Shown piece after piece: positions 26,629 to 39,200 of a stretch of 64,000 nucleotides of DNA; the stretch's first letter is position 1, and the number at the start of each line of letters is the position of its first letter. The DNA lies in the NCBI GenBank assembly GCA_015065605.1, contig SVPZ01000001.1:14132-78131 (forward strand), given 5' to 3'. The translations under genes and the position numbers were made by a program. The DNA is from Oscillospiraceae bacterium. GTDB taxonomy: Bacteria; Bacillota; Clostridia; Oscillospirales; Acutalibacteraceae. The notes below the pieces were generated by a model that worked only from the letters and a program-made list of their open reading frames with translations, was not told where the DNA came from and did not search any database.

Positions 26629-29600
26629 ATGAAAAACCTTAAATTTAAAAAGATGTTGAGTTTTGCCGTTTGCTTGGCTTTAATATGCAGTATTTGCTTT
26701 ATTCCAAGCGGAGTTGCTGTTAGCGCTGCTTATTATACGAATAACAAGCTATATGATTTTAGCAAGGATAGCGGCACGGTTTATTCGGGAAATGTTGATA
26801 ACTCAAGCGGTACTTCGCTTCAGATTGCCCGTGCATTCTTTACGGGTGTAAACGAAGAACTTGATATTTATAACAATCAGCAAAGTAATAAAGCGGGTAC
26901 AAGCGGATTTTTGTTTAATGATGCAGATGGTCTTTTTGAACTTCGCGCTGAAGCTAATTATACTGTAACCTTTAAGGTTAAGGTTGTTTCTTCACAGGTG
27001 TCTTTTAAATACAATAATTATACTTATCCGACTTCCTCACAGCTTACGGAACTTAAACTTGTTTACGGTATGCCCTATACTTATGCTGCAAACGCTATTT
27101 CTGCTGATAGCGAAGTAGGTCTTGTTGTCAAGGTTGGCACAGCTAAACAAACCTTTACGGCGTTACAAAACGGTGTTGAAGGAACCTATAACGTTGGTCA
27201 GTGGTATGATTTCACTTATAATTTTACCACTCCCGCAACTTTTGGTGATAATGGTAACGCGTTAGGTTTCTCTCTTAAATCTTTTAACGGTGTACATATT
27301 CTTATTGACAACGTAAAAGTAACCTATAATGCCGCTATAACGGTTGACCCTATGGGCGGTAAAATAAGCAAAACAAGTTTTCAACACAGTATTGGCGATA
27401 AAGTAAATATCGAAAATCCTGTTTATAAATTCGGATATGATTTTGACGGATGGTACTATGATAAGGAATATACCAGACCTTTTACCGATGAATATATTAC
27501 CGAAGAAAATCAGGATGCTAAGCTTTATGCTAAATGGAGTGCAACCCACTTTAGTTTTGAAGGTTATACTCCTTGTGATCAAAAATTCGGTTTTGGTGAA
27601 CATTATTTTGATATTATCGAAACGAATGAGGCTTATCACGGAAACAAAGTGCTTCACTATCACTATACCGAGGAGTATTGGTCTCAAATAAGAGATGGCA
27701 GTGTAGAAGAAGGGAACGCAGTATATTATTCTTCGCGTCGTACAGCAGCTGAGAACAATATTTCTCTTAAAAGAGTTGATCCCAACAGTGATTACGTAAT
27801 AACTTTTAAGTATAAAATGCCCGAAGGTTCGGGAGATGTTGAGGTTTACCCCGCAACAGCAGCATCAAACATTTGGATATCAGGAACTGCCGTATATCAT
27901 AAAGACTCTCGAGTTATTCTGAACGATGATGAACCTAACGTTTGGAAAGAAGTAAGAATTGCTTTCAGAACAGGTGATTTGGAAAGAACCGGCGGTGTGA
28001 GTGTTGATTATGCCAGAATTATGCTATTTGCCAGTAACCATACATATACCGAAGTTTATGTCGATGATCTTTATATAGAAAAGGTGAGCGGTGAATCCTC
28101 TGTAAGATTACAAGCTAATAACGGTAAGTTTAGCGATGGCAGTATAGTAAAAGAACAAAAGATTAATTTTGGTGACAGTATCGATACATTGGAATCTCCT
28201 TCGCGTATAGATTATGAATTTGACGGTTGGAGTTATGATGCGGCAGGTGAAAAACCTGTAACCACCGACGTTATAGACAGTACCGTTTTCCGCAATACAC
28301 TTTATGCCAAGTGGTCTGTGAATATGGGCTTTGAAACATATTATTATGATTTGGAAAGTCCTGACCGCGAAAACTATATAAGTGAAAACGTATCAATTGT
28401 TCAGGAAAACGCTTATCAAGGAAAGTACAGCGCCAAACTGATAAACAATTCTTCAAATAAAAATCACGTAATTGCGCTTAATCCCGTAAGCAATAAAACG
28501 CGATACCTTGTGAGTTTTTGTTATAAAGTAGATGAAGCAAATGCGCCTATTGACGTTAGCTTTGCTACTATGAATATGAATATAAATAACGAGGAAGAGG
28601 TAACCTACTATCCTGAAGTTTATACCGTAGCAACAAATGAAGCAGGAGAAGGCTACAATATCGGTGCCGTTATTATTGAAACCGATTTTGCCCAAATCGG
28701 TGCTAACAGACTGGTGTTATTGGCAAAATCAGAAACGTCCTCTACATATACCATTTACTTTGATACAATTACTCTTACCGAAATACAAGATGATGAAGGT
28801 TACGTTATTTATTTTGATGAAACCGGCTCTAAAAATAAAATAGATGTAGGCAAACTTGGAGAAAAGATTAATCTTTACGCTCCCACAGTAGCAAATGCTA
28901 AATTTGCGGGTTGGTATAACGATAAGAATTATACCTCTGTTTACGAAAATGATGCTGTATATTCTACCGAATGTAAGCGTATTTATTTAAGAATTATTAC
29001 GGGTGAAAACTTTAATGATTTTGTCGTAAGCGGACAAAATATGTCTATTGTAGAGGAAGCAAACGGAATTTATTATAAGTGCTTAGAGGTTACCGGCCCG
29101 TCGGAATTTAGCATTGGAACAACCGTTTCGGGTAAAAAATATGCTGTTGAATTTGATTATAATTTATTATCAGCAAGCGAAAACGTGGTTCTTTCGGCAG
29201 GCTCAACCTCAAAAACCCTTACTACCGATAAAGTGGGCGGAGGATGGCTGAATGAAACTTTGGTTGTAACGGATGATTCTTCGGAACTTAAATTTAAAAT
29301 TGCTCCTCAGACCGACGTAAAAATTCTTATAGATAACGTTATATTTTATGAAATAGACGAAGGTATGAGCGTTGTTGAGTTTGATCAAAAAGACGGCTTT
29401 GGTGAAGATTGTGTAAAAGTAGGAGTAATTGGCACAAAAGTCCAGAAACCTTCTGTTTCGAAATTTAACGATTATGCATTTTACGGTTGGTATCTTGATA
29501 AGACGTTAAAGACACCCTTCGTAGATGAATATTATACCGCAGGGGATAAAACCGTATATGCAAGATGGGCTTCTAATCCGGTTACAAAGACTAATTTTGA

Positions 29601-32600
29601 AGAAAAGAACCTGAATGACTATCTGACAGATTCTAACAGTAACCGTGTTACTTATCAAGGTGGATATTTGTGCCTAAATAAAGAAGATGAAACTGATGAA
29701 TCGGATATTTATGCTCCGATTGTTACCAAAAACGGATATGTAAAACTTGAAAGTAACACTACTTACTCGCTTTCTTTCCTTTCGTACTATAATGCATATA
29801 CTTCAGGCGCTAAAATGACTTTTGGCTTTTTGACTGCTTCAAGTGAATCATTTGAAAATTCTATAAGTATTGGTGGAGACGTACAGGTAAAACATTCTTA
29901 TGGCAATAGAGCGGGATACACTTATTTTACAACAGGAGATCTTGACGATACAAATAACGTTCTTTATATCAAAGTAAAAAGCGGTACCAAAAAAACCACT
30001 TTAAAACTTGATGCATTCGTCATTACCCGTATTGACGAGGGTAGAAATCATACGTTCTTATATGATGAGAAAAACTCTAAACTTTATGAACTTGACGGTA
30101 ATATAGGAGAGAAATTAGCCTACCCGAATATCGATACCGATAGTTATGTTGTAGAAGGCTGGTATAATTCGGTAGATGTTATAGATCGCTATGAAAAAGG
30201 CGTTCATAAAAATGAACCTGTAACTGTCCTGTTTAGCCGTTGGGAACTTAATAAGATAACCTTTGAAAATTATCATTATGAAAATTCTACTTCAAGATAT
30301 GCTTTTGGCGACGATATGACCCTGACCAGTGACGAGCAATATGATACGTTGCGGTCACTCAGATATAGTTATAACTATGCAGTAAATTATTTTGAAACGC
30401 CAAACAATACTGCAGGACTTGGAAGAGTAAATGATAACAGTACCTATAAGATTACATTTAAGTATCTTATTACCGAAGCGCAGAGTGACGTTGATATTAA
30501 ATTCCTTACCGCCCATATAAATAATCGTTGGGCATTTATTACCAACTATAACGAAGCCACCTATCGTATTTATTCTTCAGAAATTGGTGACGGTTGGCAG
30601 GAAGCGACGGTATATCTTACAACAAAATTTGAATCTATCGGTGCTTCGGGATTATATATGACCTTTAATCCCTTAACAGAAGGGCCGACAGTTGTTTATA
30701 TCGATGCGGTTGAACTTGAATATTTGGGAACAAACGGCGCTGTAGCGGCATTTATAGGCAAAGACGGAGGTGCGGTTTGCTATAAAGCAGGTAAGGTGGG
30801 CGAGAGCGTAAGCGCTCCCCAAAACGTTCCTGCGGCTAACTTTGCCGCCTTTAACGGATGGTATAGCGATAAAGAACTTACTGAAAAGTTTAATTCTGTC
30901 ACTCTTGAGGCAGGAATGAATTATATTTATTCGAGTTGGACAGAAAATACTGAAACTTTTGATGGATATACCTATGCTTCAAACGATAGCAATAATTTTG
31001 CACAGAATTCAACTATTAAGAACGGTGAAATCACCGTTACTTCAGAAAAAGACGGTCTTAACGGTTTTAGAGTTGGCAAACTTGATAACGATACTTCATA
31101 TAAAGTAACCTTTAAATACAAAACCGATGCAGATACTGTATTTAAGTTTGCAACCGCTGATGAAGTGAATTTCTATGAGAATAATACTTCTTATAATGAC
31201 GAGGGTAACTTCTTTGTTGCTAACAGTGACGGAACGTGGCATACTGCAACAGTTTATATTTCTACCGCGTTTACTTACACTGTTCCAAATGATGAAAAAT
31301 TAAATAATGCCGAAAATAAAAATGCTGATTACGGTGATATGCTGTATATGTATTTTGATAACGAAGAAGGAAGCAAGGTTGCAGTTTCTGAAATTTCTGT
31401 AAAAGAAATTGAGGTGCTGTCTTCTGTTGGTGCTTCTGTGCTTACTAATGAAGCAAGTGAAAAAGCAGGTAGTCAGGCGCTTCGTTTCTATTTTGCATAT
31501 CCTACCCAAAACGTAATAGGTATCGACGTGGACGGAGAATATTTCAATATCGTTGAACGCGGTATCGTATTTAAAAATGCGAGAAATACCGCAACAGGTG
31601 TGATAAACAACAATCTTGTTACCGTTAAGCCAATAGTTTTAGCAAATAAGGACGATAACGGATATACGTCTATCAGTAAAACAAATAAATTTAATGAATA
31701 TTGGAGTTATGATAATAAAACCGAAAGTGTGGTATTCAGCGGTTACGTTAAAAATTTCAGCCTTAAAGATACCCGATTAATAGGCGCTAAGGGTTATATA
31801 AAGGTTAAGGATAACAGCGGTAATATTTATACCTTCTATTCCTCAGATAAAAAGACTACTGTCAAAGAGGGCGTAGATATAAATAATGAAATTACTCAGA
31901 CCAAGGTTCACACCTTAGCAGGTGTGGAATGGAGTAACTTTACTATTGTTAATCCAAAAATGATGCCTTATATTTACGGCAGACAGATTGAGTTTTTGAT
32001 TGATTATGCAAAGACTACTCATAATGTTGAACTTGTAAGAGTAAATGAAAAGGCTAAAGAAACTACTTATGAAATAGTTATTGGTGATACTAAACGCGAT
32101 GCCAGTAAGCTTGTTAGCGTAGAAAACGAGGATCAATACGTAATAGCGGTTAGAGGAACTAAGGTAATCATTAAGGGTGGTAGCGATCTTGCAACCATGC
32201 AGGCAGTTGAATCCTTTATTGAATATCTTAAACTTAAAGATTCTCTTGGTTGTGGCGCCGATCTTAAGGACGGATATACTAAGTACTATTCCGTTTCAAA
32301 AACAGAGGATGACTATAAACTGACCTTCAATGATGACTTTAACGGTTCTCTCCTTGACACTTCTAAATGGGGCGCGTATGCAAACGAAAATATAAATTCC
32401 AATGTTGTATCTCCTACACAACTTGGCGGTAAAATATCTATGAGAGCTCCTTCTGATCCCGGATTTACCACGTATGTGTCGGGCACAGTTGTTGATCGTC
32501 CCGCATTCGTAAGAGATGGCAATGCTGTAGTTACGACAGGACGTATTAGCGAAACTGACTTCACTTTTTCAAGAATGTCAAGCTTCTGGCATATGATTTA

Positions 32601-33189
32601 TCAGTATGGTATTATTGAGTTTAAGGTTAAATTGGCGCCTAACCCGGTTCATACAAGTCTTTGGATGAATGGCGCACAAAACGGCGGCGGAGCATTCTTG
32701 GATGCCTTCGGCAGAGAAGACAGAGGATGTATGACAGAATACGACCTTGTTGAAAACTATGGACGTGTTAACTACTACGCCTCTGCAGTTCATCATTGGT
32801 GGGGCGCTACGTCTGTTAGAGATCCGGCTCACGTAAGTCTTCCTGATCAACCTTACGGAAGCGGTACAAAGAGTCAGACCTATATTCCCGAAGAAGATGA
32901 AATCAATATATATGATGATTATCATATTTTTACTTTCCTTTGGGAAAATACGGGTATAACCTTTGCATTTGATGGCGTTAAGTATTACGATTTATTTGTA
33001 ACCGACGCCCATCTTGAACGTGTTGCAAACTATATAATCATAGGTTGCGGTATGGCAAACCGAGATTATGGTTCAAAATATGATCCCGAAATTCACAATG
33101 ATTATTATGAAACACTTGTTGACTACATTCGTATTTATCAGGTTGAAAGTATGGGCAGTAGAATGGTATGGGCACATAACGATAATTAA
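26629..33189 (+). CDS. giant secreted multi-modular protein (~2186 aa): signal peptide, 7 CBM-like beta-sandwich modules alternating with 6 Listeria/Bacteroides (Flg_new) repeats, an unknown ~300-aa block, and a C-terminal GH16-like glycoside hydrolase domain
   Basis: The start is taken at MKNLKFKKMLSFAVCLALICSICFIPSGVAVSA (signal peptide). Flg_new signatures recur six times (e.g. YDFDGWYYDKEYTRPF...LYAKWS). Each module ends in a Y/L-hydrophobic-D-D/N-hydrophobic motif (ILIDNVKV, VYVDDLYI, IYFDTITL...). The C-terminus carries DDFNGSLLDTSKWG, LWMNG, TEYDLVEN (ExDxxE), YHIFTFLWE and LVDYIRIYQ. Confidence 0.85.
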   Translation: MKNLKFKKMLSFAVCLALICSICFIPSGVAVSAAYYTNNKLYDFSKDSGTVYSGNVDNSSGTSLQIARAFFTGVNEELDIYNNQQSNKAGTSGFLFNDADGLFELRAEANYTVTFKVKVVSSQVSFKYNNYTYPTSSQLTELKLVYGMPYTYAANAISADSEVGLVVKVGTAKQTFTALQNGVEGTYNVGQWYDFTYNFTTPATFGDNGNALGFSLKSFNGVHILIDNVKVTYNAAITVDPMGGKISKTSFQHSIGDKVNIENPVYKFGYDFDGWYYDKEYTRPFTDEYITEENQDAKLYAKWSATHFSFEGYTPCDQKFGFGEHYFDIIETNEAYHGNKVLHYHYTEEYWSQIRDGSVEEGNAVYYSSRRTAAENNISLKRVDPNSDYVITFKYKMPEGSGDVEVYPATAASNIWISGTAVYHKDSRVILNDDEPNVWKEVRIAFRTGDLERTGGVSVDYARIMLFASNHTYTEVYVDDLYIEKVSGESSVRLQANNGKFSDGSIVKEQKINFGDSIDTLESPSRIDYEFDGWSYDAAGEKPVTTDVIDSTVFRNTLYAKWSVNMGFETYYYDLESPDRENYISENVSIVQENAYQGKYSAKLINNSSNKNHVIALNPVSNKTRYLVSFCYKVDEANAPIDVSFATMNMNINNEEEVTYYPEVYTVATNEAGEGYNIGAVIIETDFAQIGANRLVLLAKSETSSTYTIYFDTITLTEIQDDEGYVIYFDETGSKNKIDVGKLGEKINLYAPTVANAKFAGWYNDKNYTSVYENDAVYSTECKRIYLRIITGENFNDFVVSGQNMSIVEEANGIYYKCLEVTGPSEFSIGTTVSGKKYAVEFDYNLLSASENVVLSAGSTSKTLTTDKVGGGWLNETLVVTDDSSELKFKIAPQTDVKILIDNVIFYEIDEGMSVVEFDQKDGFGEDCVKVGVIGTKVQKPSVSKFNDYAFYGWYLDKTLKTPFVDEYYTAGDKTVYARWASNPVTKTNFEEKNLNDYLTDSNSNRVTYQGGYLCLNKEDETDESDIYAPIVTKNGYVKLESNTTYSLSFLSYYNAYTSGAKMTFGFLTASSESFENSISIGGDVQVKHSYGNRAGYTYFTTGDLDDTNNVLYIKVKSGTKKTTLKLDAFVITRIDEGRNHTFLYDEKNSKLYELDGNIGEKLAYPNIDTDSYVVEGWYNSVDVIDRYEKGVHKNEPVTVLFSRWELNKITFENYHYENSTSRYAFGDDMTLTSDEQYDTLRSLRYSYNYAVNYFETPNNTAGLGRVNDNSTYKITFKYLITEAQSDVDIKFLTAHINNRWAFITNYNEATYRIYSSEIGDGWQEATVYLTTKFESIGASGLYMTFNPLTEGPTVVYIDAVELEYLGTNGAVAAFIGKDGGAVCYKAGKVGESVSAPQNVPAANFAAFNGWYSDKELTEKFNSVTLEAGMNYIYSSWTENTETFDGYTYASNDSNNFAQNSTIKNGEITVTSEKDGLNGFRVGKLDNDTSYKVTFKYKTDADTVFKFATADEVNFYENNTSYNDEGNFFVANSDGTWHTATVYISTAFTYTVPNDEKLNNAENKNADYGDMLYMYFDNEEGSKVAVSEISVKEIEVLSSVGASVLTNEASEKAGSQALRFYFAYPTQNVIGIDVDGEYFNIVERGIVFKNARNTATGVINNNLVTVKPIVLANKDDNGYTSISKTNKFNEYWSYDNKTESVVFSGYVKNFSLKDTRLIGAKGYIKVKDNSGNIYTFYSSDKKTTVKEGVDINNEITQTKVHTLAGVEWSNFTIVNPKMMPYIYGRQIEFLIDYAKTTHNVELVRVNEKAKETTYEIVIGDTKRDASKLVSVENEDQYVIAVRGTKVIIKGGSDLATMQAVESFIEYLKLKDSLGCGADLKDGYTKYYSVSKTEDDYKLTFNDDFNGSLLDTSKWGAYANENINSNVVSPTQLGGKISMRAPSDPGFTTYVSGTVVDRPAFVRDGNAVVTTGRISETDFTFSRMSSFWHMIYQYGIIEFKVKLAPNPVHTSLWMNGAQNGGGAFLDAFGREDRGCMTEYDLVENYGRVNYYASAVHHWWGATSVRDPAHVSLPDQPYGSGTKSQTYIPEEDEINIYDDYHIFTFLWENTGITFAFDGVKYYDLFVTDAHLERVANYIIIGCGMANRDYGSKYDPEIHNDYYETLVDYIRIYQVESMGSRMVWAHNDN
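27331..30945 (+). repeat. six in-frame Flg_new-type coding repeats (~200 nt each) within giant gene 1
   Basis: Approximate positions are 27331-27545, 28099-28320, 28801-29000, 29368-29575, 30050-30250 and 30739-30945. Each contains an aromatic-x-aromatic-x-GW(Y/S)xD core and ends in hydrophobic-Y/F-A/S-x-W. They are similar at protein level only. Confidence 0.75.
32308..33186 (+). other. GH16-like catalytic domain of giant protein 1
   Basis: The putative catalytic ExDxxE motif (EYDLVE) is encoded at 32737-32754. It is flanked by the usual GH16 blocks listed under the CDS. Confidence 0.75.
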
Positions 33190-33192
33190 TAT

Positions 33193-33228
33193 AAAAAACA
33201 CGCAATCGAAAGATTGCGTGTTTTTTTA
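33193..33228 (+). terminator. intrinsic terminator between the giant paralogs
   Basis: Hairpin acacgcaatc-gaaa-gattgcgtgt followed by T7. Confidence 0.85.
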
Positions 33229-33257
33229 TTGCCAATAACTTGTATATATGATATAAT
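33229..33257 (+). promoter_or_regulatory. sigma-A type promoter of giant gene 2
   Basis: TTGCCA (33229-34), a 17-nt spacer, then TATAAT (33252-57). Confidence 0.6.
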
Positions 33258-33298
33258 ATGTAATGTTATATTGAAAATTGATATTATGGAGAACTATT

Positions 33299-36200
33299 AT
33301 GGAACTGCAGTATTTCAAAAAAATCTTAAGCGTAATAATTAGTATCTTAATCATATTTGGAGTATGTATTATTCCGGCAGACCTAACTGCTCGGGCTGTT
33401 ACGTATTTAAGTGATAAGATTTATGATTTTGAAAAGGATTCGGGTACTTTGTATTCGGGAACACTTAATGATTCATTAGGTGTTGAACGTGAAATTTCGC
33501 GCGCGCATTTTGCAGTTTCTGATGATTATAATTTGGAGATTTCAAATCAACTTCAGATTACCAATGCCAGTACCAGCGGATATCTTTTTAACGATAATAG
33601 TGGTTTTTTTGAACTCCGTCCGTCTTCTACATATTCGGTTTCTATGAGAATTAAGGTGGCTTCTTCGCAGGTTACGTTTAAAAAGGGAAGCGTTAATTAT
33701 CCTCTTAACAGTCAGAATACTGAATTAAGACTTGCTTACGGTATGCCTAAAACCAACGCTTCAAATAAAATTACAATGGATGCTGATTTGGGTTTGGTTG
33801 CAAAAATCGGCACAAATACATCTGCTTTTACTGCCTCGCAAAACGGTAGTGAAAGTACCTATGAAATAGGTAGATGGTATGAATTTGTTTATCAATTTAC
33901 TACTCCGGAAACCTTTGGTGATAACGGTAACGTTTTGGGTTTTTCTCTAAAGTCGTTTAACGGTATAAATATTTTAATTGATGATATCCGTGTTTCTTAC
34001 GTTTCAAATATAACTCTTATAGCATCGCCCGGTACCGTTTCTAAAAGCGTAGTTGCCACCAAAATCGGTGATAAAATTAATCTTGAGAACGCTAAATATA
34101 AATTTGGCTATGAATTTGAAGGTTGGTTTTATGATGCGGCTTGTACCAAAAAATTTACAGACGAATATTATACCGAAGAAAATGCAAGTCTTACTCTTTA
34201 TGCAGGATATAGCGAAACGCATTTCGGTTTTGAGGGATTTGTTAACTGCAGTAAATATGGTCTTGGAACCCAGTTTCTTACAATAAAAGAATCCGAAGAT
34301 GCTTTTTCGGGAAAGAATTATCTTCATTACCATTATACAAGTGAATATTATAATCAAATTTATTCGGGAAGTGTTGAGGAAGGTAACGTTGTATATTATT
34401 CATCTCGCCGTCAACAACGTGAAAATAATATACCGTTAAAAATCGTTAAGCCATATACTTCTTACGTGGTTACCTTTAAGTATAACGTAAAAGAAGGCGC
34501 TTCTGCTATTAACTTTTTTATGGCAACGGGACACGATAATATTTGGGTGCCCGAAGTTTATAAGTCTTACGAAGAATCAAAAGTGGTTATTACCGATAAA
34601 AATGCGGGAGAATGGATGACAGCGCGTTTAGCGTTTACTACAGATGCGCTCGAAACTCAAAACGGTTGCCGTGCAACAGTTGCTTATATAATGCTTCATG
34701 CAACAATGAATAAGGATACTGAAGTATTTATTGATGATATTCGTATTGAAGAGGTAAAGGGCAACGCAGACGTTACTTTGAATGCAAACGGCGGTAATTT
34801 TAAAAACGGCGAAACTATAAAAAGCGTTACAACGGTTGTTGGTGATTACGTTGATACCATTGAAGCGCCAATCAGAGAAGACTATGATTTTGCGGGTTGG
34901 TATTTCGATGAGAATTGCACCAAGCCTGTTGATACAAATAAAGTAGATGGCAGTATATATTTAAACACTATTTATGCGGGTTGGTCGCGCGATATAGATT
35001 TCGAGGGCTATTATTACGATCTTGAAAGCGATAACCGAGAAAATTATTTGAGCAAAAACGTTTCTATTGTAAAGGAGAACGTAAAGAAAGGTTCCTTTAG
35101 CGCAAAACTTGTGAATTCCGGTTCTAAACGTAACGTTATTGCTTTGAATCCTATTGATAACAATAAAGCGCGTTATCTTATAACCTTCCATTATGATTTA
35201 ATCAATGCAAACACGGATATAAACGTTACGTTTGCTACGATGAACTATAGCATAAACAATGCAAATGAAGTAAAGATGTACGAACCGATTTATAAAATTT
35301 CCACCCAGGAAGTTGAAAGCGGTTACGTGATGGGTGCCGTAATAATTGAAACCGATTTTGTAAACGAAAAATGCAATCGTCTTGCAATGCTTGTGCAGGG
35401 AGTTGATAGTGGCGATTATACCATTTATTTTGATACTATTTCGGTATCGATGATCGGCGAAAACAAAGGTTATGTTATTTTAGAGGATGAAAAAACAGGC
35501 GAACACGTCGTTTCAGTCGGCGCAATAGGAGATAATGTAATTCCCGAAGAACCTATTTCCATAAATAATAAATTCCTTGGTTGGTACAAGGATAAAAACT
35601 GCACTCAGCTTTATGACGGCAGTATTACATATAGTAATGATTTGACACGAATTTATGCCGATTGGGTAATGGGAGAAGGCTTTGAAAATTACACTTCAAC
35701 TAATCAAAACGTTACAGTAACGCTTGACCCCGAAGATAAATACAACAAATATCTTAGTTTAAAAAATACCGTAGCGTTTAAAATCGGAGAGGCTGAGTCG
35801 GGTAAATCTTATGCGGTGGATTTAAGATATAATCTTGTTTCTGCATCTGAGGACGTTAGCGTTAAGGTCGGCTCACATACCATTAAATTATCTGCGTCAT
35901 TAGTGGGTACAGGTTGGCATTTTATAACCTTTTATATACCAAATGCAACAAGTGCGATTAATTTTATTTCTTCTCTTAATGACGCGTCGCTCCTAATTGA
36001 TGACGTTATCGTTTATGAGGTTACGGATAAAATGTCCATTGTTACCTTTGACCAGACAGACGGCTACGGCGAAGACAACGTTCGTATCGGTGTAAAGGGA
36101 ACTTCTTTGATACGTCCTGAAGTGCCTTCACATCCAACCGATGCATTTTTTGGTTGGTTTACCGATTCTGCTCTTAAAATTCCTTTTGTTGCCACAGAAT

Positions 36201-39200
36201 TTCCAAATGATAACGTTACCGTTTACGGAAAATGGGCAAAAAATCCCGTGACTATGGTGGATTTTGAAGATATTGACCTTAATAATCCCCCTTATAATGC
36301 TACTAACAGCAATATGGCAAGTATAACCGATTATTCAAAAAGTTCGGGTAAGTATAGCCTTTTGCTTGACAGAACAAGCGAAGAAGAATATATGACATAT
36401 ATGCCTATATTCACAAAGGACGGCTACGTCAGACTTGAAAGCAATACTACCTATGCGGTATCTTACCGTTGTTATTTCCCTGCATATTCTTCGGGTAATA
36501 CTATTAAATTTGCATTCTTTTCATCAAACGCTACATACGATTCTCCTGAAATAGTGAGCTCAGGCTTGTCTTGTCCTTATGCAACTTCTTGGAGAAGTCA
36601 GTACACAAGCTTTACCACGAGGGATTTGGGTGAAGATAATTACCTTTACATTGCCATAACAGGCGGTAATAAAAAGAATAAATTCTATATTGATGATATA
36701 AAAATTACCCGTATAGATGAAGGAAGAAATCACGTATTTGCTTATGACCCGTTAGGTAAAAAAATGTATGAAGCCGACGGAAACTATGGTGAAGTTATCA
36801 ATTATCCCAATCTTACTACAACCTATTACGAGGTTGAAGGTTGGTATGAAGATTCTGCTCTTACAGTTCATCACGCCTCCGGCACTCACAATGAAGAACT
36901 CATAACCGAACTTACTTGTCGTTGGGTACCAAAGGCTATCAATTTTGATAATTACCAATATGCAGAAAGCACGAGCAAATATACGGTTGGCGATGATATA
37001 AGTTTTTCATACGCTGAGGCGTACGATTCGTTGCGTTCACTAAAATATTGTTACGCCTACACTCAAAATTATTTTGAAACCTCTAACAATACCGCAGGTC
37101 TTGGCAGGGTAGATGATGACAGTACTTATAAGATTTCATTTAAGTATAAACTTGAAGAAGCGCAAAGTGACGTTGATATAAAATTCCTAACCGCTCATCT
37201 TACTAATCGTTGGTCGTTTATTACAGATTACGATGAGGCGACCTATCGAATTTATTCGGGCGAAATTGGTAATGGTTGGAAAACTGCTACAGTTTATCTT
37301 ACAACCGATTTTGCGTCAATTGGTACTTCGGGACTGTTTATGACCTTTAATCCTGTTGTTGAGGGCGAAACTGTTCTTTACGTTGATGCTTTGGAAATTG
37401 AATTTGTTAAGCGCGACGTGGCGGTTGCCGCTTACTTGGATAAAGATAACAGAACTGTTAAATACGTTGAATATAGCGTTGGTAAAACTATTTCGTCTCC
37501 CGATTATATTCCTGCTTCTCAATTTGCTTCATTTAACGGCTGGTTTACCGACAAGGAAAGAGAAAATAAACTTGAAACTTTGACGCTTTCTTCGGGAATA
37601 AATTATATCTATTCGGGCTGGATTGAAAATAGCGAAAAGTTTGATAACTATGCTTACGCTTCAAACAGAAACGAAAACTATTCTCAGAATAACGTGGTGA
37701 AAGACGGTGTTCTTACCTATAATTCTGCAAATGCCAACAACACTGTGTCAGACGGCTTTAGAATTGGAAAATTAAACGATAATATTACCTATAAGATTTC
37801 TTTCGATTATAAAACGTCTTCGGTTTTTAACGTCAAGTTTGCTTCTGCAGATGAAATGAATATAGGCGTAAATACAACCGCTTATAATGACGAGGGTAAT
37901 TTTGTCGAAACTGTTGCTGACGGACAGTGGCATAGCGCAACTGCTTATATAACTACCGCGTTTACTTATACGGTACCAAAAGATAATAACGTAAACAACG
38001 TGGAAAATAAAAAGGCAGAATACGGAGATATGCTGTATATGTATTTTGAACATGAAAACAACGTTCAAATTAGTATAGATAATATTTCCGTAAGTGAAAT
38101 AGAGATACTTGCAAGTCTCGGCTCTTCCGTACTCACTAATGAAGCAAGTGAGATGGCGGGCAGTCAGGCGCTTCGTTTCTACTTTAGTTATCCTACCCAG
38201 GATTTAATTACTCTCAAAATCGATGGTAAAGACTTTATGCTTTTCGAACGCGGTGTTATATTCAAAAATGCAAGAAATACAGCGACGGGTGAAATTGTTG
38301 ATGATAAGGTTATAGTAAAACCGATTATTCTTGAAAATGCGAATAAAGATGGCTATACCTGTGTAAGTAAAACAAGTTTATTTAACGAATATTGGAGATA
38401 TGATAATAAAACCGAAAGCGTTGTGTTCAGCGCTTACGTTAAAAATTTTGATATAACCGATTCGCGACTTATAGGAGCAAGAGGTTATATTAAGGTTAAA
38501 GATTCAGACGGCAAGGTTTATACTTTCTATTCGTCTGATAAAAAAACGTCGGTAAAAGAAGGCGTAAATATTAATAACGAAATTACCGATAAATCCGAAC
38601 ATACCGTATCAGAGACCGCTCTTGGCGAATATACCATAGTTCATCCCAAATTAATGCCTTATATTTACGGCAGACAGATTGAATTTTTAATGGACTATGC
38701 AAAGAGTATACACAAAATCGATTTTATCAGAGTGACCGAAAAGGCCAAGGAAACCGACTATGAAATAGTTATCGGTGATACCAAACGAGAGGGAAGTAGT
38801 CTTGTAACGGTAGATGGAGAAGATAAATACGTAATAGCGGTAAGAGGTACAAAACTTATAATAAAGGGCGGAAGCGATCTTGCAACAATGCAGGGCGTTA
38901 AGGACTTTATTGATTATCTTAAGATGAAGGACTCCCTTGGTTGCGGTGCTGACCTTAAAGACGGCTACACTAAGTATGGCAAGGTTTCAAAAACCGAGGA
39001 TGATTATAAACTTGTTCTTGATGAAAACTTTGACGGAACTCAACTTAATCCTGTACTTTGGGGAGCATATAACAATCAGACGAAAAATCAGTACGCCCAG
39101 AAAAACGGAACCGTTTACGGCGGCACCTATTATACCTACTGTCCAACCGATGGCGGATATACAACTGCTTCGGGTATGGTGGTTGATAATGCATTGTTCG

